Positions 30,609 through 41,803 of a stretch of 64,000 nt of DNA are shown here, piece after piece. Each line of letters starts with the position of its first letter. Within the stretch, counting starts at the first letter, position 1. Made by a program: the position numbers and the translations under genes. Below the pieces are notes generated by a model. The model saw nothing but the letters and a program-made list of their open reading frames with translations. It searched no databases and was not told the DNA's origin. The DNA comes from Candidatus Kaiserbacteria bacterium (GTDB lineage Bacteria > Patescibacteriota > Minisyncoccia > Phycocordibacterales > UBA2100): assembly GCA_027083345.1 (NCBI GenBank), contig JALWOZ010000030.1, positions 977 to 64,976 on the forward strand. Direction: 5' to 3'.

Positions 30609-31265
30609 ACGGTCTGAACCCAGCTCGCGTAACTTTTTAATTGGCGAACAGCCAAACCCTTGGGACCTGCTCCAGCCCCAGGATAAGTTGAGCCGACATC
30701 GAGGTGCCGAACACCGCCGTCGCTCTGGACGCTTAGGCGGTACCAGCCTGTTATCCCCAGGGTAACTTTTATCCGTTAATCTCCGGCCGCATCTAAAGCG
30801 TACCGTCGGTTCACTATGTTCTACTTTCGTACCTGCTCGGGTCGTACCCCTTGCAGTCAAGCTCTCTTATGCCATTACACTATCAGCATGGTTTCCATCC
30901 ACGCCTAGAGAACCTTTAAACTCCTCCGTTACTTTTTAGGAGGATAGCGCCCCACTAAAACTACCCACCAGATACTGTCTCGACGAGGTTTTGCCTCGCT
31001 GGTTAGGTGAAGCATAAACAAAGAGTGGTATTTCACTGACGACTCCACTATCCCCAAAAGAATAGCTTCAAAGTCTCCCACCTATTCTACGCATTGCAAA
31101 CACAACACCAATATCAAGCTGTAGTAAAGCTCCTGGGGTCTTTTCGTCTAGCTGCAGGTAGGCGGCATCTTTACCGCCATTGTATTTTCACCGGGCTCTT
31201 CCTCGAGACAGTGTCCCAGTCATTACGCCATTCGTGCACGTCTGAAATTACCAGACAAGGAATTA

Positions 31266-31304
<39 letters not shown>

Positions 31305-32094
31305 CGGGGCTTACATAGCCCAGCCTAACAAGTAAAACTCATTAGACCATCCATGTTTAACCTTCCGGCATTGGTCAGGCGTCACCCCGTATACATCCTC
31401 TTACGAGTTCGCACGGAGCTGTGTTTTTGATAAACAGTTGCCAGGACTCTTTCGCTGCGGCCCTCACACCGAAGTGCTTGGGCAGACCTTATCCCGAAGT
31501 TACGGTCGCTGTTTTGCCGAGTTCCTTGAGGAAGACTCACCCGTTCGCCTTGGTCTACTCGACCCTACCACCTGTGTTGGTTTGCGGTACGGTTTCTCTG
31601 TATTTATGCTTAGAAGCTTTTCTTGGAGGGCTCTTACTATGAATCTCTATCGGCCGAAGCCTCAAAATTTCTTCAATCTACACTCTTTGTGCAACCCGGA
31701 TTTGCCTAAGTTGCAGAGTTTAAGATCAAAAACACAAATCCAATAATGTGCTCATAGATGTTTCCCCCGTCTCTCCATCGCAATACAGAGAAGTTATGGA
31801 ATATTAACCATATGTCCATCGCCTCCAGCTTTCGCCATTGGCTTAGGCCCGACTAACCCGCAGATGAACTTCATTGCTGCGGAAACCTTGGTATTTCGGC
31901 GGACTGGACTCTCACCAGTCTTGCGGTTACTCGTGCCAACATTTTCACTTCTGCATGCTCCACGCTGGGTTATCCCCTTGCGCTTCATCGCCAACAGAAC
32001 GCTCTCCTACCGCTCATCGCGTCAGACGCGACAAGCCCGCGTTTTCGGTATTATACTTAGCCCCGATAATTTGCGGCGCAAAGTCTCTGAATGA

Positions 32095-32145
<51 letters not shown>

Positions 32146-32717
32146 CATTGTCTGAGAAACTTCACCTCCTTAAGTGCACTTAGTATAAATTTAGGGACCT
32201 TAAACTGCGATCTGGGCTGTTTCCCTTTCGAGCACAGGAGCTTCGCCCCCTGACTCTAACTGCCACGCTTTTAATCATTGGTATTCGGAGTTTGATAGAG
32301 TGGGCGAGGTTTCCCCCTATCCCGACTCATCCAGTGCTCTACCCCCAATGGGAACACGTGACGCCAACCCTAAAGCTGTTTCGGAGAGAACCAGCTATTA
32401 CGAGGTTCGATTGGCTTTTCACCCCTTACCACAAGTCATCCGAGCGTGTTGCACGGCGCGACGGTTCGGGCCTCCCCTTTGTTCTCACAAAGGTTCACCC
32501 TGCTCATGGTAAGCTCACCTCGTTTCGGGTCTATTGTAATACCTTTTAAGTTCGCGCTATTAACACTCGCTTTCGCTGTGCCTCCGCGGGACAACCGCTT
32601 AGACAAGGAATCACAATAACTCGTTGGCTCATTCTTCAATAGGCACGCCGTCGAGGTACAAGACCTCTCCGACTCCTTGTAGATGTATGGTTTCAGTTCT
32701 ATTTCACTCCCCTTATC

Positions 32718-32760
<43 letters not shown>

Positions 32761-32973
32761 ATCTGAAAAAGTATTTAGCCTTACCGGTTAGTTCCGGTGG
32801 ATTCACCCGAGCTATTCATGTCTCGGGCTACTCAAGAGCAGTATCAAAGAAGGCTAATTAATTTCGTATACGGGACTATTACCCTCTAGGGTTAGGCTTC
32901 CCAGCCTATTCTACTATCAATTAACTTTGTAACTTCTCTCATCGTAAAGATGACGATACTGTCTTACAACCCC

Positions 32974-33080
32974 CTGCTCCGCTCCCTACTGCGTAGTGAG
33001 CTTCTCAGGGCACAGCCAATTATTAATTAAAATAAATAGACCTGCCCTTCGTAGCTCTTTGCGCAGCAAAGAGCGAAGTA
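32974..33080 (-). other. About 105-nt intervening/expansion sequence in 23S domain I built from nested palindromes
   Basis: Extra sequence between conserved ACAACCCC and GGTTTGGGCT, where a short hairpin normally lies. Confidence 0.7.
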
Positions 33081-33778
33081 GGGTTTGGGCTTCTCCGGTT
33101 TCGCTCGCCGCTACTCACGGAATACTATTTGGTTTCTTTTCCTCTAGGTACTGAGATGTTTCACTTCCCTAGGTCTGCCCCTTGCGTCATTATAACAACA
33201 AGGTCACGAGGTATTGCCTCGTGGGGTTCCCCCATTCGGACATCTACGGATCATAGGTTGATTGGCACCTACCCGTAGCTTATCGCAGCCAGTCCACGCC
33301 CTTCATCGCCTTTTTCAGTCAAGGCATCCTCCATACACCCTTATCAGAGCATCCATGCGGAGCTCTGTTAACCACTAGTTCTTTTGCCCTGCACTACTAC
33401 TTCCTCAAGAGCAGTGCAGATTTCGTTGAAAATACGCTGTGTGTCTTAAACGAAAAGACCTCTCTCATAATAAAACGAGAGAAAACTATAAAGACACACA
33501 ACCTGTTTTGTTTTGTCGATTTATGATTACTTAATTTATTAAATATAAATTAAGTAATCACTCTTCTTTATTGTATTTAGTTGTCAATGAACCTACTTTA
33601 ATTTTGTATCAAAAAAGTCGCTCTCCGAGCGACCCAAGCAAGCATTATAATTAACGCGCACTAGGCCACCAGTTGATTACTTAATTTAATACTCATAAAG
33701 TGCTGGGTATTATACATATATAAATAAACATTGCAAATTTTTACACAACACCCCAACAACCAAAAAACCACATAACTT

Positions 33779-33949
33779 ATGGAAAGCCATGTGGCGGGAC
33801 GATGCCGGCTGAGCCAGGGCTCAGTTGGTGATGTAGTTGGGAACAACAACCATGCGAGTGTCAGTTTTTTCATGTCTCTTCTCCCAGTTGATGGGCGCTC
33901 CAAGCGCCCGGTTGCAAAAAGCTGCGCCCTGAAGAGTTTCCCCTCCTAA
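33779..33949 (+). CDS. Possible small ORFan (56 aa) in a GC-rich patch
   Basis: ATG...TAA: MESHVAGRCRLSQGSVGDVVGNNNHASVSFFMSLLPVDGRSKRPVAKSCALKSFPS; no known motif. Confidence 0.3.
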   Translation: MESHVAGRCRLSQGSVGDVVGNNNHASVSFFMSLLPVDGRSKRPVAKSCALKSFPS

Positions 33950-34057
33950 AAAATAGCTACTCTTAAACTACCAATAACTCTCTCTCTCTACGCAACCCTT
34001 CTTATCCACAGGCATACAGATATACGGATTTGTCAAGTTCTATACTAAAGTCACAAC

Positions 34058-34089
34058 AAAAAAGACGAGGCTCCCACCTCGTCTTTTTT
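34058..34089 (-). terminator. Intrinsic terminator after fusA (bidirectional shape)
   Basis: aaaaaagacgagg-ctccca-cctcgtctttttt. Confidence 0.85.
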
Positions 34090-34111
34090 ACATCATCTAC
34101 TTATATTAGTA

Positions 34112-36271
34112 TTACCCCCTCTGAGCGATGATCTCGTCGGCAACATTCTTAGGTACTACAGCGTAATTACTAAACTCCATGGTTGCATTAGCTCTACCCT
34201 CCGTCATGCTCCTTAGGGCTGTGGTGTAGCCAAACATCTCACTTAAAGGCACCTTAGCAGTGATAACCTTAGCATTGCCTCTGTCGTCCATACTCTCTAC
34301 CATACCACGCTTAGAGTTGAGGTTACCTGTCACATCTCCCATAAACTGCTCTGGTGTTGTCACCTCCACCTTCATTATTGGCTCTAGGATTGCTGGGTTG
34401 GCCTGCTTGGCAGCGTCTGTAAGGGCTTGGCTGGCCGCTATCTTAAAGGCCACTTCTGATGAGTCCACATCGTGATATGACCCATCATAGAGGTCTACAG
34501 AGATATCCTCCATTGGGTATCCTGCTAGCACTCCTCTGCTCATTGCCTCTTTAAGCCCCTTCTTTATAGCTCCCATATACTCACTAGGGATAACTCCTCC
34601 CTTGATGTTATTAATAAATTCAAAGTGCTCTTCTCTCTCAATATTGCTTGCGCGCTTCTTCTCCTTCTCTCCCTCAGCTGCCACCTCCTCTGGTTGTAGT
34701 GGTGCAATCTTAATCTTTACGTGTCCGTATTGTCCACGACCACCTGTCTGCTTAATGTACTTATTCTCAACATCTGCTGTACCTTGTATAGTCTCTCGGT
34801 AGGCCACCTGTGGGCGTCCAAGCTCCGCATCTACACCAAATTCTCTCTTCATCCTGTCTACCAAAATATCTAAGTGTAACTCTCCCATTCCTGATATAAC
34901 CGTCTCATTGGTCTCCTCATCTGTATGTACCTTAAAGGTTGGGTCCTCATCTGAGAGTTTACTTAATGCCAAACCCATCTTCTCTTGGTCAGCCTTTGTT
35001 TTAGGCTCTACGCGAGCTGAGATAACCGGCTCAGGGAAAGTTATCTCCTCAAGTACTATTGGTGCGTCTACTGGGCAGAGAGTATGACTCATCTTAAGGT
35101 CTTTAGCGCCAACTACAGCAGCTATCTCTCCTGTATAAATTTCAGATACCTCTTCTCTTTTATCAGCCATAAGGCGCACAATACGACCTATGCGCTCCTT
35201 CTTACCGGTACCGGTATTTAAGTAGCTCTCTCCACTCTTAAGTACTCCGGAATATACACGCACAAAAGTTAACTGTCCTACAAATGGGTCTGTCTGGAGT
35301 TTAAAAGCCAATGCTGCCAACGGTTCATCATCACTGGCCTTACGCTCTACCTCTTCATCTGTGTCTGGATTAATACCCTTAACTGGTGGCAAATCTGTAG
35401 GAGCAGGTAAGTAATCAACTACCGCATCAAGTACCAATTGTACTCCCTTATTCTTGAATGCACTACCACATAAAACAGGGAATAACCCATTAGCTATCAC
35501 TGCTTTGCGTAACTCAGCTTTAAGAGTGTCATAAGCTATCTCCTCTCCCCCTAGATATTTGTCCATCAACTCCTCATTATTCTCTACAATGCGCTCTATA
35601 AGCTCCCCTCTATACTTCTCCGCATCTGCTTTATATTGCTCTGGTATCTCGCTCTCCACAACATCCTTACCCATCTCACCCTCAAAGGTGTAGGCCTTCA
35701 TCTTTAGTAGATCTATAGCTCCAACATGCTCATCCTCATGACCCATTGGTATCTGCAAGCGCACAGCCTTGTTACTTAGCTTAGTCTGTATACTTGCATA
35801 CGCCGTCTCAAAGTCGGCTCCAAGCTTGTCCATCTTATTAAGGAAACAAATGCGAGGCACGCCGGCCTCATCGGCATAGCGCCAGTTCGTCTCTGTCTGT
35901 GGCTCTACTCCAGCAGCAGCGTCAAACACCACAACAGCACCATCAAGCACATACATAGACCGCTTAACCTCTGCAGTAAAGTCAATGTGTCCCGGAGTGT
36001 CAATGATGTTGAAGTTTATAGACGCCTCCTTGTCTCCCTTAGCATAAGTGGGTATATAATCACAACTTATGGCAGCAGCGGTGATGGTAATACCACGCTC
36101 ACGCTCTTGCTCCATCCAGTCTGTCACAGCCTCTCCGTCGTGCACCTCTCCTATCTTATGACTCTCGCCCGTGTAGTAAAGTATACGCTCTGAGGTAGTT
36201 GTTTTACCCGCATCTACGTGCGCCACGATACCGAAGTTGCGCATTTTCTCTATTGGATGTTTCCTTGCCAT
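34112..36271 (-). CDS. fusA: Elongation factor G
   Basis: [38 protein letters not shown]. Confidence 0.99.
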   Translation of the reverse strand: MARKHPIEKMRNFGIVAHVDAGKTTTSERILYYTGESHKIGEVHDGEAVTDWMEQERERGITITAAAISCDYIPTYAKGDKEASINFNIIDTPGHIDFTAEVKRSMYVLDGAVVVFDAAAGVEPQTETNWRYADEAGVPRICFLNKMDKLGADFETAYASIQTKLSNKAVRLQIPMGHEDEHVGAIDLLKMKAYTFEGEMGKDVVESEIPEQYKADAEKYRGELIERIVENNEELMDKYLGGEEIAYDTLKAELRKAVIANGLFPVLCGSAFKNKGVQLVLDAVVDYLPAPTDLPPVKGINPDTDEEVERKASDDEPLAALAFKLQTDPFVGQLTFVRVYSGVLKSGESYLNTGTGKKERIGRIVRLMADKREEVSEIYTGEIAAVVGAKDLKMSHTLCPVDAPIVLEEITFPEPVISARVEPKTKADQEKMGLALSKLSDEDPTFKVHTDEETNETVISGMGELHLDILVDRMKREFGVDAELGRPQVAYRETIQGTADVENKYIKQTGGRGQYGHVKIKIAPLQPEEVAAEGEKEKKRASNIEREEHFEFINNIKGGVIPSEYMGAIKKGLKEAMSRGVLAGYPMEDISVDLYDGSYHDVDSSEVAFKIAASQALTDAAKQANPAILEPIMKVEVTTPEQFMGDVTGNLNSKRGMVESMDDRGNAKVITAKVPLSEMFGYTTALRSMTEGRANATMEFSNYAVVPKNVADEIIAQRG

Positions 36272-36401
36272 AATAATATATTGTTAATGTTAATTGTTTA
36301 ATAATTTTATCTAAAAAATAAATGTTAATGCCGGCAACTATACACCAAATAACTTAGGTAATCAATATTAATAACAATATGCCTATGTTATACTAGTTAA
36401 T

Positions 36402-37406
36402 ATGAAAATAGAAAAAGTCAGCAGGATAATCGATGGTCATAAAGACAACCAAATGAACAGAAGAAAGTTCCTAACAGGACTAGGAGCTGCAACCTCTGGC
36501 ATAGGAGCTGCCGGACTATTTACCAAAAAAGATACTGATGACTACTTCCCTAAAGATACTAATGAACATACGAACAACCATACTACCATTGAAGATATTA
36601 TAAGAGAGAGCACGAATGAGTACACTGCTCCTGAGTCAAATTCTCAAGAAGATATTAGAGAGTCATCTAACTCCATATATTTTGCCTACACAATCAACAA
36701 GCTTATCCCTCACTTCAATACCGACTTAAAAAAGATAATGGAGTATGGTAACAAAATTACTAACAATGACCCTAAAGGGAGAACTCGTATAAGATATGTC
36801 TTCGACGAACTAAAGATACAAGAAGCCTCAAACTTAATAAACAACGAGATGAAGAAGTGTATAATAGGCATTTGCATTGAAGAATCTAGATTTGATGCAA
36901 GTCGCACCAGTAGATCAGGAGCCAAAGGCATACTACAAATAATGCCCAAGACATGGGAGGAACACGGAGACCCTAATGGAAACATCTTATCACTCGTAGA
37001 CCAAATGAAAGCCGTTAACAGTCTACTAACACAAACTCATCGATATTTACAAAATAAATACTTAGGTGCCCTTGATACGATTAAGATCAATTATTTTGAA
37101 GATAGCCAAACTGATTTTGAGAAATATTTTATGGTACCCATAATAATTAACTCATACAATGCCGGTATGGGTACTATGGGTAAAATAATTACGCAATTCG
37201 CTAATAAATACCGCAATAAAAATGAGTGCACCAAAGCGTTAAATGTAGATAAAGCAGTATCTGATTATGATGTGTTCTTCACAATGTCCACTTTGGCAAG
37301 AGCACAAGGAGTCAACAACTTATATAAAGAGGACGCCAGTAACTACACCCCAAAGGTATATGCTGCACTACTTAGCCTTATGAAGCACACCAATAATAAA
37401 ATATAA
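36402..37406 (+). CDS. Lytic transglycosylase (SLT-like) with twin-arginine-like N-terminal motif
   Basis: EESRFD..RTSRSGAKGILQIMP, SYNAG, NYTPKV; MNRRKFLTGLG. Confidence 0.85.
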   Translation: MKIEKVSRIIDGHKDNQMNRRKFLTGLGAATSGIGAAGLFTKKDTDDYFPKDTNEHTNNHTTIEDIIRESTNEYTAPESNSQEDIRESSNSIYFAYTINKLIPHFNTDLKKIMEYGNKITNNDPKGRTRIRYVFDELKIQEASNLINNEMKKCIIGICIEESRFDASRTSRSGAKGILQIMPKTWEEHGDPNGNILSLVDQMKAVNSLLTQTHRYLQNKYLGALDTIKINYFEDSQTDFEKYFMVPIIINSYNAGMGTMGKIITQFANKYRNKNECTKALNVDKAVSDYDVFFTMSTLARAQGVNNLYKEDASNYTPKVYAALLSLMKHTNNKI

Positions 37407-37428
37407 ATATACAGTCGAGTTCTCGACG

Positions 37429-37454
37429 AAAAAAGAGCCGTTTAGGCTCTTTTT
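37429..37454. terminator. Bidirectional terminator between rpsG and the SLT gene
   Basis: aaaaaagagcc-gttta-ggctcttttt. Confidence 0.8.
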
Positions 37455-37924
37455 TACCAAGCGAAGTGAGCGAAAGCCTTATTAGCCTCGGCCATCTTGT
37501 GTGTATTCTCCTTCTTAGTTACTGCCTCTCCCTCATTATTGCTTGCTGCAAGTAGCTCTTCTGCTAGACGCTTGCTCATACTACTACCCTTCTTTGCTTT
37601 TGCTGCGGCGATTATCCAGCGCAATGCCAAAGAAAGCTTACGCTCAGCGCGTACCTCAACAGGAACTTGATAATTAGCTCCTCCAACACGCCTTGAGCGC
37701 ACCTCCATACTAGGTCCAACATTCTGTAGTGCTGTATCAAAGACCTCTAAAGGATCCACGCCTTTGCCACTATTTTTAATTATATCAAATGCATCATATA
37801 CAACTTTGCGGGCGATGTTCTTCTTCCCGTCTTGCATAATATAATTAATAAGTTTTGCCACATTTACAGATCCATACTCTCTGTCTGCCGCTATACCTTT
37901 CTTATTTTTAATTGGTCTTCTCAT
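37454..37924 (-). CDS. rpsG: 30S ribosomal protein S7
   Basis: DGKKNIA, EVRSRRVGGANYQVP, HKMAEANKAFAH. Confidence 0.99.
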   Translation of the reverse strand: MRRPIKNKKGIAADREYGSVNVAKLINYIMQDGKKNIARKVVYDAFDIIKNSGKGVDPLEVFDTALQNVGPSMEVRSRRVGGANYQVPVEVRAERKLSLALRWIIAAAKAKKGSSMSKRLAEELLAASNNEGEAVTKKENTHKMAEANKAFAHFAW

Positions 37925-38000
37925 ATAGTTTTTAGATTACTCTCACGCTAAGCGTGATAATTTATTCACCTTTAATAATTTATAATGTACTTTTGCTGTT

Positions 38001-38087
38001 TAAGCAGCAGTCACATATTATTTATAAATCCGGGGCAGTGGGCGGCTAGGGATAGAGGATTTAGAAATAATATGTGACTGCTGCTTA
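38001..38087. repeat. Dispersed hairpin element with conserved 29-bp G-rich core (family A)
   Basis: Arms taagcagcagtcacatattattt / aaataatatgtgactgctgctta; core identical to 58937-58965. Confidence 0.85.
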
Positions 38088-38103
38088 TACCTCAACTATT
38101 AAC

Positions 38104-38511
38104 TTACTTAGGGCGACGAGCTCCATACTTAGAGCGACCCTGCTTGCGACCGTCAACCCCTTCAGCATCAAGCTTGCCACGCACCACAGTATAGTTGACA
38201 CCAATATCCTTAACTCTACCACCACGCACAAGCACTACTGAGTGCTCTTGTAAATTGTGCCCTTCTCCGGGTATATACGCTGTAATCTCCATACCATTAG
38301 TAAGACGCACTCTGGCAATTTTACGAATAGCTGAGTTAGGCTTACGAGGAGTCTTAGTTGTAACCTTTGTACACACGCCTCGCTTAAACGGAGCCGAGTA
38401 TCCGGTAGGTCTATTTTTTAGAGAGTTAAAGCCTCGCCTAAGCGCAACTGTATTACTACCTTTGCGGGCCTTACTCCTTTTATTTTTTACTAATTGACTT
38501 ATTGTTGCCAT
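38104..38511 (-). CDS. rpsL: 30S ribosomal protein S12
   Basis: [31 protein letters not shown]. Confidence 0.99.
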   Translation of the reverse strand: MATISQLVKNKRSKARKGSNTVALRRGFNSLKNRPTGYSAPFKRGVCTKVTTKTPRKPNSAIRKIARVRLTNGMEITAYIPGEGHNLQEHSVVLVRGGRVKDIGVNYTVVRGKLDAEGVDGRKQGRSKYGARRPK

Positions 38512-38580
38512 AAAATTTACTCCTACCTACCGATAGGTAGGCGCAAATATACTATATTATTAACTAATTGCAACCATCTT

Positions 38581-39825
38581 TTATATACTATCACTCAGAG
38601 AGTATATAGGAGAGATCATGGCCATAGCAAAAAAGCCAACTGCTCCACCTATAAATAGCATCAAGAAAGGCTCTATAATAGTACTCATGTCTTTTGTCTT
38701 TTGGTCTACTTCTGTCTCATAAAAAGATGCTACTTGCATCAACATCTCACTAACCTTGCCTGTCTCCTCTCCTACTGCCAACATCTCACTAACTAGAGGT
38801 GGGTATAAATCTTCTCTCCTGCCAAATACGACACTCATAGACTCTCCCTGTTGCACAACCTTGGCAGCTGATAGTATCACCTTTTTATGAAATGTATTTT
38901 GTACTACATCTGCAGTTATATTTAAAGCTGTTATAATATCTACCCCAGACGAAGTGAGAGAACTGAGGGTACGGGCAAATCTAGCAGAGTTTATCTCTTT
39001 TACAATTGTACCGATAGCAGGTAATCTTAATAAAAACGCATCAAAAAGCATCTTACCTAACTTAGTCCTCAAGAAATATATAACAGAAAAGATAAATACA
39101 GCTAAAATAATTAAACTCAAGATAGTATTATTAACTAAAAAGTTACTAATAGCTATTATAGCCTTAGTTGTGGCCGGTAGGTCTACTCCAACCTCCTCAA
39201 AAGTCTTTTTTAAAGTTGGTACAACTTGCGTCATCATAAGAAAACCAATAATAACCATAGCAATCATTACAATAGATGGATAAACCATTGCTCCTTTTAT
39301 CCTCTTCTTTAACTTATAACTTTTATCCATCTGCAAAGAGATAGAGGCCAACGAGTCGGGGAGATTACCTCCCTCTTCTCCAGCCTTAACCATAGAGACA
39401 AATAACTTCTTAAATACCTTGGGGTGCTCTTCTAGTGCAGTAGAGAGCTTATCCCCCTTGCGCACCTTAGATAATAAAGCTCGAAGTATGTAATTAAGCT
39501 TTGGATTCTTTGTTTGTCTATTGGCCACAGACAATGCTCTCGTCAAAGGCAATCCAGCACCAAGCATAGCAGAGAGATTCCTGGTAAATATTATAATATC
39601 TACCTCTCGCACTGTACTAAACCTCTCATTTATAGCCCTTATACCACCAAGAGAGAGCACGGAGAAGCCTCCAACCTTATTAACCCTCAATATGTCTCCA
39701 CCCTCATTACGGACCTTAGCATATACCTCAAATCTATCCACAGCATCAATTACTCCGCCATACTCCTTACCGTCACGCACTGCTGTGTACTCAAACTTAT
39801 GTGTTGTTTTATTCCTATTATCCAT
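38581..39825 (-). CDS. pilC: Type IV pilus/T2SS inner-membrane platform protein (PilC/GspF)
   Basis: FTRNLSAMLGAG, AGEEGGNL, AMVYP, VGEETG, IEP. Confidence 0.93.
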   Translation of the reverse strand: MDNRNKTTHKFEYTAVRDGKEYGGVIDAVDRFEVYAKVRNEGGDILRVNKVGGFSVLSLGGIRAINERFSTVREVDIIIFTRNLSAMLGAGLPLTRALSVANRQTKNPKLNYILRALLSKVRKGDKLSTALEEHPKVFKKLFVSMVKAGEEGGNLPDSLASISLQMDKSYKLKKRIKGAMVYPSIVMIAMVIIGFLMMTQVVPTLKKTFEEVGVDLPATTKAIIAISNFLVNNTILSLIILAVFIFSVIYFLRTKLGKMLFDAFLLRLPAIGTIVKEINSARFARTLSSLTSSGVDIITALNITADVVQNTFHKKVILSAAKVVQQGESMSVVFGRREDLYPPLVSEMLAVGEETGKVSEMLMQVASFYETEVDQKTKDMSTIIEPFLMLFIGGAVGFFAMAMISPIYSLSDSI

Positions 39826-39844
39826 ATACACTTAGGATTTTACA

Positions 39845-41620
39845 CTACTCACTAACAACTCTCAGTACCTCCTCTATGCTTGTTATACCTTCGGCAGACT
39901 TTTTTATTCCATCCTCTAGCATTGTGAGCATGCCCTCCTTACGAGCTTGGGCTTCAATTTTATCATCTGATGCTCCTGTTAGTATCATCTCCTTAATAGC
40001 CGGTGAAATAGTCAACACCTCAGATATGCTACGCCTACCAGAGTAACCTGAATCACAGTCTTGGCTCGGAGTAGCCTTATAAAACTCCATATTTTTCCAT
40101 GTGGCTGTCTTTTTAACTTGATTCTCACTCTTTAATTCTTTCAGTACCTTCTTTAAATCTACATGTTTACTTATCTCCTCAAGCTCCTCCATAGACAACT
40201 TATAGCTGTCTGACTTACTACACAAAGACCTGACTAACCTTTGCCCTATTACTACCTGCAATGTAGACACAAGCAAAAACGGCTCCACTCCTAAGTCGAC
40301 CAAACGAGCCATAGCACCAGAAGCTGAGTTTGTATGTAGTGTTGAGAGCACCAAGTGCCCAGTAAGAGCAGCGTTTATAGCCAAGCTCGCTGTCTCTTTA
40401 TCTCGTATCTCTCCAACCATTATAATATCCGGATCCTGCCTCATTAAAGCCCTTAATCCTGAGGAGAATGTTAAGCCTATATCTGAGTTAACTTGTGTCT
40501 GATTTATCCTAGAAAGTTGATATTCTATAGGATCTTCAATAGTGGATATATTTACATCGGGAGTATTTAGTATATCTAATATCGAGTACAGCGTCGTCGT
40601 CTTACCAGAGCCGGTAGGGCCTGTAACCAATATAATGCCTGTTTTCGATCGCATGGCTTTGTGTATAGCCTCCAAAGACCCGCCCACAAAACCTAATCCC
40701 TCTAAAGTATAACCTCCCGCGCCATCTTTAAGCAGGCGCATCACGACCTTCTCTCCATATTGAGTAGGTAATATGGATACACGCAATGCCACCTTATCAC
40801 CGGCACTCTCCATCTTAAAGCGTCCATCTTGCGGCAACCTCTTCTCGTCTAATCTTAAATTAGCCAACACTTTTATACGCGCCACTATTGCTCCTGAGGC
40901 TGTCTTAGGCAACTCCATAGCATCGTGCAGTATACCGTCTATACGGTAACGCACTATTAAACCCTCCTCGTGAGGCTCAATATGCACATCTGAAGCACCT
41001 TGCACAACTGCGTATTGCAACAAAGCATCCACGATACGCACTGCGGGTACTTGATTTGCCATATGCTCTGCACTAAATGCAGAGTCGTCTTCACCCGACA
41101 CACTCAATCTAGCAGCGTCCTCATCTATTATGCCAGCCAAATCCTCTTTTAGACTCTTGTGATATTGCTTTAAAGCTGTCTTTATAGAATCCTCATTTGT
41201 GAGCCTGGGCAATATACGCAAACCAGTTTGTTTTTTAATAAAGTTTACAGCCCGAAGATCATCTGTGTCTAACATAGCCACTTCTAGCTCTCCCGAGTTA
41301 TTAGCATCACTATCACCAGCACTTTCGTTTATGTTCTTTTTAAAAGCTATTATATTATGAGTACGTGCTATTGGCTCAGGTATAATAGAGAGGACCTCAT
41401 AATCTATCTTCTTCTTTGTTAAGTCTATAAAAGGTACTCCCAACAAATATGCATAACTCTTACGCAACTCTGCATCTGTAAGAGCTCCGGCAGACACCAA
41501 TACCTCTCCTATAACCTTATCCTCCTCTTTTGCTACTTTAGCTATACGCTCAAACTTCTCTTTAGTTAAGAGTCCTGCATCTACTAAAAACTTCTCAAGT
41601 TGTTCATCATTGATATACAT
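39845..41620 (-). CDS. pilB: Type IV pilus assembly ATPase (PilB/GspE)
   Basis: ASDVHIEP, PQDGR, GPTGSGKTTT, TIEDPIEY, RQDPD..MVGEIRD, TGHLVLSTLHTN. Confidence 0.95.
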   Translation of the reverse strand: MYINDEQLEKFLVDAGLLTKEKFERIAKVAKEEDKVIGEVLVSAGALTDAELRKSYAYLLGVPFIDLTKKKIDYEVLSIIPEPIARTHNIIAFKKNINESAGDSDANNSGELEVAMLDTDDLRAVNFIKKQTGLRILPRLTNEDSIKTALKQYHKSLKEDLAGIIDEDAARLSVSGEDDSAFSAEHMANQVPAVRIVDALLQYAVVQGASDVHIEPHEEGLIVRYRIDGILHDAMELPKTASGAIVARIKVLANLRLDEKRLPQDGRFKMESAGDKVALRVSILPTQYGEKVVMRLLKDGAGGYTLEGLGFVGGSLEAIHKAMRSKTGIILVTGPTGSGKTTTLYSILDILNTPDVNISTIEDPIEYQLSRINQTQVNSDIGLTFSSGLRALMRQDPDIIMVGEIRDKETASLAINAALTGHLVLSTLHTNSASGAMARLVDLGVEPFLLVSTLQVVIGQRLVRSLCSKSDSYKLSMEELEEISKHVDLKKVLKELKSENQVKKTATWKNMEFYKATPSQDCDSGYSGRRSISEVLTISPAIKEMILTGASDDKIEAQARKEGMLTMLEDGIKKSAEGITSIEEVLRVVSE

Positions 41621-41682
41621 ATCAGAGACATTATAACACTCTCAAGCATAATTATTATCTACTATCAACACTTCACTCCCTA

Positions 41683-41711
41683 TTGACATACTGACTGACT
41701 AAAGTTATAGT
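41683..41711 (+). promoter_or_regulatory. Sigma70-type promoter for nusA
   Basis: TTGACA-17 bp-TATAGT. Confidence 0.7.
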
Positions 41712-41736
41712 ATGTCTACAACTAAATAAAGATTTT

Positions 41737-41764
41737 AAGTTCTGCTTAGTTGCAGAACTTTTTA
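41737..41764 (+). terminator. Terminator/attenuator in the nusA leader
   Basis: aagttctgc-ttagtt-gcagaactt followed by a T-run, between promoter and start codon. Confidence 0.7.
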
Positions 41765-41803
41765 TTTAAATTAATCAACATTTATTAACTTAAAAACTAT
41801 ATT

